From the NCBI GenBank assembly GCA_026770705.1, contig JANJGN010000026.1, positions 37,882,001 through 37,946,000 on the forward strand: a stretch of DNA of 64,000 bases, in the 5' to 3' direction. The notes beneath the pieces were generated by a model. It searched no databases. It saw nothing but the letters and a program-made list of their open reading frames with translations, and was not told the DNA's origin. Origin of the DNA: Isurus oxyrinchus. Taxonomy: Eukaryota. The position numbers were made by a program, and so were the translations under genes. Below, one piece after another: positions 51,300 through 64,000 of the stretch; position 1 is the first letter of the stretch; each line of letters begins with the position of its first letter.

Positions 51300-52128
51300 T
51301 CAGTTTCATGTTATCACCGTCTTCCTGCCTGTGAGGGTGAACTCACTCTGACAGCATCAAGAGCAACCACACAGATTGGTGCCGGTCTCAGCATTATATT
51401 CATCTCCATTCCCAATTTAAACAATTAAATAAACGAGGTTATTTTGGTTATGACATATTAGCTGAAGCGAGATTGACTGATGGTTATCACTGGGAGAAAA
51501 GAGGGGAAATTAAAACAATAATACCGCTTACAGGGGTTTATTCAAAAATGGAAAGTTTTAAGAGGGTTTGGTGCTGCGTGAGAGAAAGAGAGGAGCGAAG
51601 TTAAGTGAGTGAGCTGGTGTCTTTATGGCACTGAATTTTCCTCTGATGAGATTTTGGCGTTTAATTTTTTCAGTGATAATGTACCTGAAGCAAAAGATTT
51701 AAACATTGGTGCCTCGAAGCTGCCAGATCCGGCCCTTGTGAGTCTGTGTAAGTGAGTTAAGTGAAGTCTGAGAGAGAGAAGAGAGATTAACTGATTTAGG
51801 TGTATTCTGAGACAGAGAAAGAGAGGGAAGAAGTTCAGTGAGTCATTTCAAAGATGTATTTACCTTGACAATGGAATGGCCAGCTTGACATTACTTTCCA
51901 GAGCACTCAAGACAATGCATTACCGATAAATATTAACGGCAGCATAGGCAGCATATAGATATGTTCTCAATAAACTATCGTAACTTGTTGAAAAATAATT
52001 ATAATGTCTTTTGAAAGCAATGAAGCCTGATATGTTCCAGATGTACCCGCATCACACATATAGCTGCACGCATTCACACACACAGCCACACAGCCACACA
52101 CACGCAAGGTACATGCACACGTTCAGCC

Positions 52129-52261
52129 NNNNNNNNNNNNNNNNNNNNNNNNNNNNNNNNNNNNNNNNNNNNNNNNNNNNNNNNNNNNNNNNNNNNNNNN
52201 NNNNNNNNNNNNNNNNNNNNNNNNNNNNNNNNNNNNNNNNNNNNNNNNNNNNNNNNNNNNN
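52129..52261. other. Assembly gap (133 N)
   Basis: N run following a (CA)-rich tract. Confidence 1.
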
Positions 52262-52874
52262 ATTGGTTATTAGGAGCCTGCGGCTGCCAATTCACCTGAG
52301 GATGCGGCTTCAGACCCTGTCTGTCACAATCAGTGACCACGCCAAAAGCAAACAGAAATTCCTGTTGAAAGATGGAAAAATATCTGTAAATTATAGAAAC
52401 CTGTGAGTAATTGTCATTGATAAACTCAAGTATGAATCAGTCATCTCCAACACAATGCAGTTTGTGACTAAGTTGTGCAGTGTGCAGTGCAATGTGGTTC
52501 ATCTTTGTTTCTAATCCTCAACCTCATTGATGAAGGGAATGTTACAAGATTCAGCCCAACCTTTCAGCACAAACATTACACACATCACACTAGAGCAATT
52601 AGAAATTGCACACAACGCCTAATAGTTAGCAGCAAGACTAAATGTATTCTTTCAAAACCTTTTGACCTACAGGATATTATAACATTTTAAAAGTTAATAC
52701 CCACCTGTCCACCTGGCTCTCTCTCCAACTCTGTACAGTTATCAGAGGCTTTTTATAGTGCAGTAATAACTGAGACGTAGTCTAGTGTATTAATAAATGG
52801 GATTGGACCTTTATAACATAAGGTGAGACTTAGAAGAGTACAGTAATGAATGAAACAGCCTAAAACAGTAATAT

Positions 52875-54030
52875 CACAGAATCATAGAATCACAGAACTT
52901 TAACGGCACAGAAGGAGGCCATTCGGCCCAACTTGTCTGCATCGGCCCTCCAAATGAGCATTCTGACCTAGTGCCATTGCCCTGGCTTTTCCCCGCACCC
53001 TAGCACTTTGTTTCCATTCAAATAATCATTTAACACCCTCTTGAATGCCTCAGTTGAACCTGCCTTCCTCACACTTCCAGTCAGTGTATTCCAGGCCGAA
53101 CCACTCGCTGTGTGAAAAAGTAAGTTCTCATGTCACATTTGCTTCTTTTGCAAATCACTTTAAACCTGTGCCATCTCGTTCTTTATCCCTTTACGAATGG
53201 GAACACTTTCTTCCTCTCTACTCTGTTCAGCCCACTTATGATTTTGAATACCTCAATCAAATCTCCTCTCAGCCTTCTCCTCTCCATGGAACACAATCCC
53301 AACTTCTCCAATCTCCCCTCATAACTGAAGTTTCTCATCCCTGGGAGCATTCTTCTAAACCTCTTCAGCACTCTCTCCAATATCTTCACATCCTTCCTTT
53401 GATATCGTACCAAGGATGGCACACAATATTCCAGCTGAGGTCTAACGAGGGCCTTAAATAAATTCAGCATAACCTCCCTGCACTTGTACTCTATGCCCCT
53501 ATTAATAGAGCGCAGGATACTATATGCTTTATTAACTGCTCTCTCCATCTGTCCTGCCACTTTCCATGATCTATGCATATCTACACCCAAGTCTTTCTGC
53601 TCCTGCACTCCTTTCAAAACTCCACCCCTTATTTATTTTGCCTGTCCATGTTCCTCTTACCAAAATGCATCACCTCACACTTCTCCACATTGAATTTCAT
53701 CTGCCACCTATCTGCCAACTCCATCAACTTGTCTGTGTCCTCTTGAAGTTCCACACCATTCCCCTGTCAGTTTGCAAACTCCCAAGTTTCGTATCATCCG
53801 CAAACTTTCAAATTGTCCCCTGCACACCAAGGCCTAGATGGTTAATGTATATCAGGAAAAGCAAGGGTTCCACTACTGACCCCTGGGGAACTGCACTACA
53901 AACCTTCCTCCAGCCCGAAAAACATCAATTGACCATTACTCCCTGCTTCTTTTTTTTCAGCTAACATGGTAACCACATTGCTTCTGTCCCTTTTATTCCA
54001 TGAGCTATAACTTTTCTCACAATTTGGTTG
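52875..54030 (-). mobile_element. CR1 LINE 3' fragment
   Basis: LFKALVRPQLEYCV…RRRLRGDLIEVFKI and a catagaat tail. Confidence 0.9.
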
Positions 54031-54299
54031 TCAGATAAATCCTAATAAAATACAAACGGAGACTTTGTACAATGCAACAGCAGCTCAGGAATTGTCACTT
54101 GCAGTATATATAGAGGCACGGTTATGTGCATTAATAAACAAAGCATCATATAATGTAATAGAGATAGAGAAATAGTCTAGTGCAGTAATAACTGAGAAAA
54201 GGTCAATTGTAGTGTATATAGAGGCATGGTCCAGTGCATTAATAAGTTAAACTGCAGATAGCATTATATACACTGATGCAATGCTGAGAGAAAGATAAA

Positions 54300-54975
54300 A
54301 GGAGAAATGGTAAGTAATTGGGAAAACTAATAGAATGTTATAATTTATTGCGAGGGGAATTGAATACAAATGTACGGAAGTTATGCTTCAGCTATACAGG
54401 GCACCAGTGAGATCATGTTTCATGTACTGTGTACAATAATGGTCACCTTATTTAAGGAAGGATGTAAATGTGTTGCAAGAGGTTCAGAGAAGGTTTATTA
54501 GACTAACACTTGGAATGGGTGGGTTGTCTAATGAGGAACGGTTTGACAGGCTAGGCTTATGTCTTCTGGGGTTTAGAAGAATAAAAGGCGACTTCACTGA
54601 AACATATAAGATCCTGAGCGGTCTTGACAGGGTGGATGTGGAGAGGATGTTTCCTCTTGTGGGAGAATCTGGAATTAGGGTCACTGTTTAAAAATAAGGT
54701 GTCGGCCATGTAAAACAGAGATGAGGCGAATATTTTCACTCTCAGGGTCATGAGTCTTTGGGACTCGCTCCCTAAAAAGGCAGTGGAAGCAGAGCCTTGA
54801 GGCAGAGGTGGATAGATTCTTGGTAAGCAAGGGGGTGATAAGTTATTGGGTGTCAGCAGGATGCAGATTTCATGTTACTATCAGATCAGCCATGATATTA
54901 TTAAATGATGCAGCAAGCTCGAGGGGCTGAATGGCCTACTCATGGTCCTTGTTCGTATGCTCATATGTTCGTATG
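54300..54975 (+). mobile_element. CR1 LINE 3' fragment
   Basis: VQRRFIRL…RRIKGDFTETYKIL and a tgttcgtatg tail. Confidence 0.85.
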
Positions 54976-55664
54976 GTCCGGTACAGTCATCAGTGAGAGA
55001 AGTTCAGCAGGTCAAGGGCAGTGATAACTGAAGCATGGTTCAGTGTAAAACAACGAAACACAATTTGCAGTGAAATATAAATTAAAACATGGTTGTACTA
55101 CAGTGCAAACTGGAAAAGGGTTAATTGGAGTGTCCACAGAAGCACGGCCTAATGTAGTAATAACAGGCGCATGATATGCATGATATAAACAGCAGCAGCG
55201 TCAGGTGCAGTGATAACTGGGAAAGGACCAATTGCAACACAAGTAGAGATATGGACGGCTGCAATAATAAACAAGATAAGGCCCATTGTACTATTAACAG
55301 TGACGTTCACCTGTACAACAATAACTTAAGCAAAGTGTAATCTAGCGTTTACAGTTACAAATGAGGGTGTGAAATAAATTGAACAGGGGATGTATAGGAA
55401 TTATTAAAACAGGGCCTCGATTGACATAAGCTGAGGCAAGGTCTAGTGCAGTGATTCCTGATACAGGGCCTGGATTATTATAGGCTGAGACAGGGCCTAG
55501 TGCAATGATTACTGATACAGGGTTTAGATTGATATAAACTGAGACAGGGCCTAGTGAAGTAATTACTTATACAAGGCAGAGATTAATGTCAACGGAGGAA
55601 GGGTCCAATGCAGAAATTACTGATACAGGGTCTAGGTTGATATAAAAACAGAAAATACTGTAAA

Positions 55665-56960
55665 AACGCCATTCCAGTCTCTTCGTTCGTTCACCTCCTT
55701 CACATCTGTTTCAATGATGCCACTGTCCAAAATGATGCTTCTGACATGCCTTCCTTCTTCCTTAACCAAGGTTAACCACCCGCTGTGGTTGACAGGGCCC
55801 TCAACTGTGGCCGACCCATCTCTCACATCTCTGCTTTCACACATTCCCCTCTCTCCCAGAATCATGATAAGGTCCCCCTTTTCCTCATATTTCATCCCAC
55901 CACCCCAGCATTCAAAGGATCATTCTCCACCTTTTCTGCTAACCCCAACATGATACCACCACAAAACATACCTTCCCCTCACCACTCCACCCCCACCCCT
56001 GTCAGCATTCCACAGGGACTGTTCCCTCCGATACACCCTGGTCCACTCCTCCATCATCCGCAACACCTCATCCCTTCCCATGGCACCTTCCCAAGCAATC
56101 AGAGAAGATGCAACACCTGCCCATTTACCTCCTCCCTCCTCACCGTCCAAGGGCCCAAACACTCCTTTCAGGTGAAGCACCACTTCATTGCACCTCCTTC
56201 AATTTGGTCGACTGCATTCGATGCTCCCAATGCTGTCTCCTCTAGATTGGGGACACCAAACACAGATTGGCAGGCCGCTTTGTGGAACACCTTCAGTCTA
56301 TCTGCAAGCATGACCTAGACCTTCCTGTCACTTGCAATTTCAACACGCCATCCTTCTCTGATACCCACATGTCCCTCTTTGACCTGCTGCATTGCCCCAG
56401 TGTAGGCCAACGCAAACTGGAGGAACAGAAACTTATCTTCCGACTATGAACTTTACAGCCCTTATTCATTTATTCATTGTTTTATCCTCTTTTTATCTCC
56501 TTTTTCATTCCTTTTTATACCATTTTTCCCCAACCACCCCTACCACACCCCCAAAAGGCCATCAGTTACTTGTACCATGTTGTTCTTTCACAGTGTGCTG
56601 ATTCTGGCTCTGCTGTTAATACATTCTGCTTTCTTACCTTTATGACTCTATCAGCACCTACTTTACCCTTACTACTGCCACTAACACTCCCTTTTTCTGT
56701 TTGCCTATGATATGTTTGGCAGTGTCACCTTACTCCTACCTATTGCTTGCCTTCTATCCAGCCTGCCCTGCTTCACCCCGCTTAAAAAGTAAATGTCATC
56801 ACATTTTGACTTCTCGTTAGCTCTGAGGAAGGTCATATGGTCTCAGAAAGTTAGTTCTGCTTCTCTCACCACAGGTGCTGTCAGACCTGCTGCGATGTCC
56901 CAGCATTTTATGCTTTTCTTTCAGATTTCCAGCATCCGCACTATTTTGCTTTTATCCAGA
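55665..56960 (+). mobile_element. Penelope-like element 3' part (GIY-YIG remnant) inserted in the satellite
   Basis: Homologous to 38775-40220 (VDRALN…RRCNTCPFTS…RKLEEQKLIFRL). Confidence 0.85.
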
Positions 56961-57642
56961 TTGATATAAACTGAGACAGTGCCTCGTGCAGTGATTACTA
57001 ATGGAGGGTCTAGATTATCATGAACTGAGACAAGGCCTCGTGCAATGCTTACTGATACAGTATCTAGATTAATGTAAACTGAGACAGGCTCATGTGCAGT
57101 GATAACTGATACAGGATCTAGATTAATATGAACTGAGACATGCTCGAGTGCAGTGATTACAGACACAGGATTTAGATTAATATAAACTGGGACAGGGTCT
57201 AGTCCAGTGTTTATAGATACAGGATCTTGATCAATATAAATTCACTCAATGCCCTGTGCAATGATTACTGATACAGGGTCAAGGTTGATATACATTGAGG
57301 CAAGACATAGTGCAGTGATTACTCATAGCGGGCTGAGATAAAAAATAAACTAGGACAGTGTCCAGTGCAGTGATTACTGATACAGGGTCTAGATTAATTA
57401 AACTTGAGATGCGGCCAAGTGCAGTGATTACTGTTACCAGGTCTAGGTTGATATAAACTGATGCAGGGGCTAATGCAATGATTACTCATAAAGGATCTAG
57501 ACTAACATAAACTGAGACAGGACCAAGTGCAGTGATTACAGATACATGATCTAGATCAATATGAACAAAGGCAGTTTCCAGTAGAGTGATTACTGATACA
57601 GGGTCTTGATTAATATGAACTGAGACAAGGTATAGTGCTGCA

Positions 57643-57999
57643 GTAACAAAAACAAAATTACCTAGAAGAACTCAGCAGGTCTGGCAGCATCTGTGGGAGA
57701 GGAACACAGTTAACATTTCAAGTCCACATGACTCTTCAACAGAACTAAGGAAAAATAGAAAAGGGGTGAAATATAAGCTGGTTTAAGTGGGTGGAGAGGG
57801 GCGGTGGTGGTGGTGGGATATAAGCTAATAAGATATATTTCACCCCTTTTCTATTTTTCCTTAGTTCTGTTGAAGAGTCATGCGGACTCGAAATGTTAAC
57901 TGTGCTCCTCTCCCCAGATGCTGCCAGACCTGCTGAGTTTTTCTAGGTATTTTTGTTTTTGTTTTGGATTTCCAGCATCCACAGTTTTTTTGCTTTTAT
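57643..57999. mobile_element. Foldback Penelope-like terminal-repeat insertion with 12-bp TSD
   Basis: Inverted arms of about 130 bp (about 57646-57775 and 57834-57963). TATAGTGCTGCA lies at both 57631-57642 and 58000-58011. Confidence 0.8.
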
Positions 58000-60900
58000 T
58001 ATAGTGCTGCAATTACTGATACAGGCTCTGGCTTGATGTAAACTGAAACAGGGCATTGTGCAGTGATCATTGATACAGGGTCTAGATAAATATAAACTGG
58101 GGCAGGGGCTAGTGCAATGATCACTGTTACAGTGTCTGGACTAAAGTGAACGGAGGTATTGAGTTCTGTCATTACTGATACAGGTTCTGGACTAATATAA
58201 ACTGAGTTAAGGTCTAGTGCAGTGATTACTGATACAGGATATGGATTGATAAAAATGGATGCATGGCATAGTGTAGTGATTACTGATACAGGGCCTAGAT
58301 TAATATAAAATGAGACAGTGTCCATTGCACTGATTATGATGCATGGTCTAGATCAATATAAATTGGGATAGGGTCGAGTGCAGTGATTACTGATACAGGG
58401 TCTAGATTAATAGAAGTTGAGACAGGCCAAGTGCAGTGATCACTGCTAGAGGGTTTAGATTGATATAAACTGATGCTGGGTCTAGTGCAGTGATTACTGA
58501 CACAGGGTCTAGATCAATATAAACAGAGACAGGGGCTAGTGCAGTGATTACTGATCCAGGGTGTATATAAATATGTACCGGGATGGGGACCAGTGCAGTG
58601 ATTACTGATACAGGGTCTGGACTCATAAACTGAGGCATTTTCTAGCTCTGTCATTATTGATAGTTTGTGGATTAATATAAACTGAGAAAGGGTCGAGCGA
58701 AGTGGTAACTTATACAGAATCTGGATTGATATAAGCTGAGGCAAGCCATAGTGCAGCGATTACTTATGCAGGGCCTAGATAAATAAAAATGAGGACAGTG
58801 GCTAGTGCAATGATTACTGATACAGTGTCTGAATCAATATAAACTGAGACAGAGCCTAGTGCAATCATGACTGATACAGGGTCCAGATGATAAAGACTGA
58901 GGCAGGGCATAGTGCAGTGATTACTGATACAGGGTCAAGGTAAATATAAAGCAGGATAGAGGCTAGTGCAGTGATTAATGATACAGGATGAGGATCAATA
59001 TAAACTGAGACAGTGTCCATTGAAGTAATTACGGTTACAGGGTGTACATCAGTATAAACTGAGATAAGGTCCAGTGCAGTGATTAATGACGCAGGGTCTG
59101 GATTAATATAACATGAGACAGTGTGTAGTGCAGTGATTACTGATCCAAGGTCTTGATAAATATAAAATTAAGATCGTATCTAGTTCAGTGATTACTGATA
59201 CATGGTCCAGATTAATATGAACTGAGGCACAGCCTAGTGCAGCAATTACTGATTTAGGGTCTAGATTGATATAAACTAAGACAGGACATATTAAATTGAT
59301 TACTGATGCAGGGTCCAGGTTAATAGCAACTGAGAGAGGGCAAAGTGCAGTGATTATAGATTCAGGGTGCAGATTATTATAACCAGAACAGGGACAAGGG
59401 CAGTGATTACTGAAACAGGGCCTTGATTAATATAAACTGAGTCAGGCTTTTGTACAGTAATCACTGATACACGGTCTGAACTAACATAACCTGAGACAAG
59501 GCCTGGTGCACTGTTCACTGACACAGGGTCCAGATAAATATAACTGGGACAGGGGCTCGGGCAGTGATTACTGCTGCAAGGGATAAATTAATATAAACTT
59601 TGATAGGGTCTAGTGCAGTGATTACTGATATAGGGTCTAGACTGATTTTTAAAAAACTGAGGCAGGGCATAGTGCAGTGATTGCTGATACAGGGTACAGA
59701 TTAATATAAACTGAGACAGGGCCTAGATAAATATAAGCCAGGACAAGGGCTAGTGCAGTGATTAACAATATGGGATCTGGATCAATATAAACTGAGACAG
59801 TGTCCTTTGCAGTGATTAATGATTCAAGATCTAGATCAATACAAATGGAGAAAGGGCCTAGTGCAGTGATTACTGATTGAGGCTCTGGACTAATATAAAC
59901 TGAGACAGGGCCTAGTGCAGTGATTATTGACACATGGTCTGAATCAATATGAACTCAGACAATGTCCAGTGCAGTGATTACTGACACAGAGCCTGGATTA
60001 ATATAAACTGAGGCAATGTCTAATGCAGTGATAACTGATACAGTGTCCAGATCAATATAAAATGAGATAGGTCCAAGTGCCGCGATTACTGATACAGGGC
60101 CTGGATTAATATAAACTGAGACAGGGCCTAGTGCAGTCATTACTGATACAGGATCTAAATTAATATAAACTGAGACAGACTCTAGTCCAGTGTTTACTGA
60201 TACAGGGTTTCAATCAATATAAATTCAGACAATGCCGAGTGCACTGATTACTGATACAGGATCTAGATTTATAAAAACTGAGGTATGCTCTCATGCAGTG
60301 ATTACAGACACAGGATCTAGCTTAATATAAACTGAGACAGGTTCTTGTGCAGTAATTACTGATACAGGGTCTCAATCAATACAAACTCAGACAATGTCCA
60401 AGGCAGTGAATACTGATACAGGGCCAGGATAAATATAAATTGAAGCAGAGCCTACTGCAGTGATTACTGATACAGGGTCTAGGTTAACAGGAACTGAGAG
60501 AGGGCCAAGTGCAGTGATTATAGATTCAGGGTGCAGATTATAATAACCAGAACAGGGACGAGTGCAGTGATTACTGAAACAGTGTCTTGATTAATATAAA
60601 CTGAGACAGGCTCTTGTACAGTAATTACTGATCCATGGTCTGAACTAACATAAACTGAGACATGGCCTGGTGTTCATTGATACAGGGCCTAGATAAATAT
60701 AACTGGCACAGGGACTCGGGCAGTGATTACTGATACAGGGTCCAGGTTAATATAGATATTGAGATGGGGCCTAGTGCAGTGCTAACTGAAACAGGGTCTA
60801 GATTCATAAAAAAAGCTGAGGCAGGGCATGGTGCAGGGATTACCGATACCGGGCCGAGATTAATATAAACACAGAGAGGCTCAAGTGCAGTGATTGCTGA

Positions 60901-63900
60901 TATAGGGTCCAAATTGATACATGGCCTAGCTCAATATAAATTGAGGCAGTGTCCAGTGCAATGATTACTGACACGGGGTCTTGATTAATATAAATTGCGG
61001 AGGGCACAGTGCAGTGATTACTGATGCAGGTTCGAAATTAATGTCAACTGAGACAAGGCCTAGTATGGTGATTACTGATACAGGGTCTAGATTGATAAAA
61101 ACTGAGACAGGGCAGGATATAATTCAAAAATTGGCTTTGTTGAAGGAGACAGAAGATGATGACAGAAGGATGCTTTAGTTACTAGAAGCCAGTGTCCAGT
61201 GGTGTAGCACAGGGATCTGTGCTGGGTCCCCTATTATTTGTCATTTATATAAACGATGTAGATGACTAGATTAATAAAAATTGAGACAGGTTCTAGTGCA
61301 GTGTTTACTGATACATGGTCCTGATCAATATAAATTCAGACAATGTCCAGTGCAGTCATTACTAATACAGGGTCTAGATCAATAGACTCTGAGACAGGGT
61401 CCAGTGCAATGAAAACTGATGTCGGGTCAAGATTAATATAAACTCAGACAATGTCCAGTGCAGAGATTATTGATACAGGGCCGAGACAAATATAAACTGA
61501 GACTGGGCCTACTGCAGTGATTGCTGATACAGGGTCTGGATCAATATAAACTGAGACAGTGTCCAGTGCAGTGATTACTGAAACAGGGTCTCGATTAATA
61601 TAAACTGACACAGAGCCTAGTGTGATGATTACTGATAAAAACAGAGGCAGGGCATAGTGCAGTGATTACTGATACAGGGTCTAGATTAATGTAAACTGAG
61701 ACAGAGCTTAGTGCAGTGATTGCTGATGCAGGGCCAAGGTAAATATAAAGCAGGATAGAGGCTAGTGCATTGATTAATGATACAGGATCAGGATCAATAT
61801 AAACTGAGACAGTGTCCATTGAAGTGATTACTGATACATGGCCTAAATTAATATGAACTGAGGCAGGCCATATTGCAGTAATTAATGAACAAGGCTCCAG
61901 GGCAAATATAAACTGAGACAGGGCCTAGTGCAGTGATTACTGATACATGGTCTAGATCAATATAAACTGAGGCAGTGTCCAATAGAGTGATAACCGATAC
62001 AGGGTCTTGATTAATATAAACTGAGACGGGGTCTAGTGCAGTGATTCCTGATACAGGCTCTCGCTTGACAGAAACTGAGACAGGGCATTGTGCAGTGATT
62101 AATGATACATGGTCTAGATAAGTATAAACTGAGACAGAGCATTGTGCAGTGATTACTGATACATGGTCTAGATAAGTATAACCTGGGACAGGGGCTAGTG
62201 CAGTGATTACTGTTACAGTATCTGGACTAAAATAAGTGGAGGCATTCTCTACATCTGTCATTACTGATACAGGTTCTGGACTCATTTAAACTGAGATAAG
62301 GTCTAGTGCAGTGATTACTGATACAGGATATGGATTGATATAAACTGATGCTGGGTCTAGTGCAGTGATTACTGGCTTGGCGTCCAGATCAATATAAACA
62401 GAGACAGGGACTAGTGCAGTAATTACTGATACACGATTGACATAAATATATACTGGGACAGGGGCCAGTGCAATGATTACTGATACAGGGTCTGGACTCA
62501 TATAAATGGAGACAGGGTCCAGCGAAGTTATTACTGATACAGGACCTGGATTGATATAAACTAAGGCAGGCCATAGTGCAGTGACTAATGTTGCAGGGCC
62601 AAGATAAATAAAATCGAGGACAGCGGCTAGTGCAGTGATTACTGATACGGGGTCTAGAACAATATAAAGTGAGGGTGTTCATTGAATTGATTATTATACA
62701 GGGTTTGATTTATATAAAATGAGGCAGGCTCTAATGCCAGGGTTACTGATACAGGGTCTGGATCAATATAAACTGAGACAGTGTCCAGTGCAGTGATTAT
62801 TGATACAGGCTCGAGATTAATATAAAATGAGACTGGTGCACTGATTACTAATACAGGGTCTAGATGATAAAAACGGAGGCAGGGCAATGTGCAGTGATTA
62901 CTGATACAGGGTCGAGGTACATATAAAGTAGGACAGAGGCTAGTGCATTGATTAATGATACAGGATCAATATCAATATAAACTGAGACAGTGTCCATTGC
63001 ACTGATTACTGATGCATGGCCTAAATTAATATGAACTGAGTCAGGGCCCAGTGCAGCGGTTACTGATTTAGGGTCTAGATTAATATGAACTGAGGCAGGC
63101 CATATTGCAGTGATTATTGACAGAGGGACAAGATTAACATAAACTAGGACAGGGGATAGTGCAGTGATTAATGATACAGGATCAGGGTCAATATAAACTG
63201 AGACAGTGTCCATTGAAGTGATTACAATTATGGGCTGTACATCAATATAAAATGAGACAATGTCTAGGGCAGTGATTACTGATCCTAGGTCTTGATAAAA
63301 ATAAAACTGAGATAGTGATTGGTGCAGTGATTACTGACACATGGTCTTGATTAATATGAACTGAGGCATGGCCTAGTGCAGCGATTACTGACTTAGGGTG
63401 TAGATTGATATAAACTAAAGTAGGGAAAAATGCAGTAATTGCTGATACAGGGTTGAGATTGACATAAACTGAGGCAGGGCATATTGAAGTGATTACTGAT
63501 ACAGGGTGTAGGTTAATAGAAAATGAGAGAGGGCCTAGTGCAATGATTATAGATTCAGGGTGCAGATTATTATAACCAGAACAGGGACAAGTGCAGCGAT
63601 TACTGAAACAGGGCCTTGATTAATATAAACTGATGCAGGGCCTCATGCAGTGATAATTGATACAGGGTCTATAATAATAGAAACAGAGAGAGGGCCAAGT
63701 CCAGTGATTACGGATAGAGGGTCTAAATTGATATGAACTGAGGTAGGGCATATTGCAGTAATTACTGATACAGTGTCCTGATCAATATAAACTGAGATAG
63801 GTCCAAGTGCAGTGATTACTGATACAGGGTCTAGATTAATATAAAGTGAGACAGGGCCTTGTGCAGTCATTACTGATACAAGATCTAGATTAATATAACC

Positions 63901-64000
63901 TGAGACGGTGCTGATTGCAATTATTACTGATAGATGGTCTGGACTAATTTAAACTGAGGCAGGCCATAGTGCAGTGATGACTGATACAGGATCTAGATTA

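Larger units (their letters stand above)
54975..64000 (+). repeat. 54-bp (2x27) satellite array, consensus GTGCAGTGATTACTGATACAGGGTCTAGATTAATATAAACTGAGACAGGGCCTA
   Basis: More than 100 tandem diverged units running off the window end. Interrupted by Penelope-like insertions (55665-56960, 57643-57999) and a small CR1 piece (about 61115-61265). Confidence 0.95.

Noticed and set aside
56921-63870. Many minus-strand ORFs with repeating 'DPVSVITALGPVSVYINL' peptides
   Set aside because: They are a by-product of a 54-bp (multiple of 3) satellite that is stop-poor in one frame. The ORFs are fragmented, with no gene structure.
54975-64000. Regularly spaced repeats resembling a CRISPR array or RSS array
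   Set aside because: These are contiguous tandem units with no unique spacers, in a vertebrate genome. TGCAGTG lacks the essential CAC of an RSS heptamer.

Overview
Vertebrate, non-bacterial DNA, almost certainly from a cartilaginous fish (shark). The evidence is the NAR-TCR genes, CR1-clade LINEs, Penelope-like elements, tRNA-derived and Deu-domain SINEs, and satellites. The core (12.7-33.2 kb, minus strand) is a NAR-TCR cassette of the TCR-delta type with an unusual layout. From 5' to 3' it has one intact, unrearranged leader-V-D-J cluster (33147-31828). It then has three germline pre-joined VNAR-like VDJ exons (27654-27307, 21919-21575, 17180-16836) plus one truncated copy. Last comes a single leaderless supporting V-delta (13180-12875) followed by three tandem 23-RSSs. 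Each pre-joined exon is an open phase-1/phase-1 exon with intact AG/GT sites, but each has lost its own leader by a different lesion. Each also carries an extra CDR3 Cys that could pair with the FR1 Cys of the domain above it. I infer a 'telescoped' TCR-delta chain with up to five stacked, disulfide-linked V domains; this is a hypothesis that needs transcript evidence. Also present: an intact GPR139-like GPCR coding exon, an orphan V 3' end with a near-consensus RSS, candidate CTCF sites, a candidate lymphoid enhancer, many retroelement fragments, an assembly gap and a 54-bp satellite array. Repeat boundaries are approximate.
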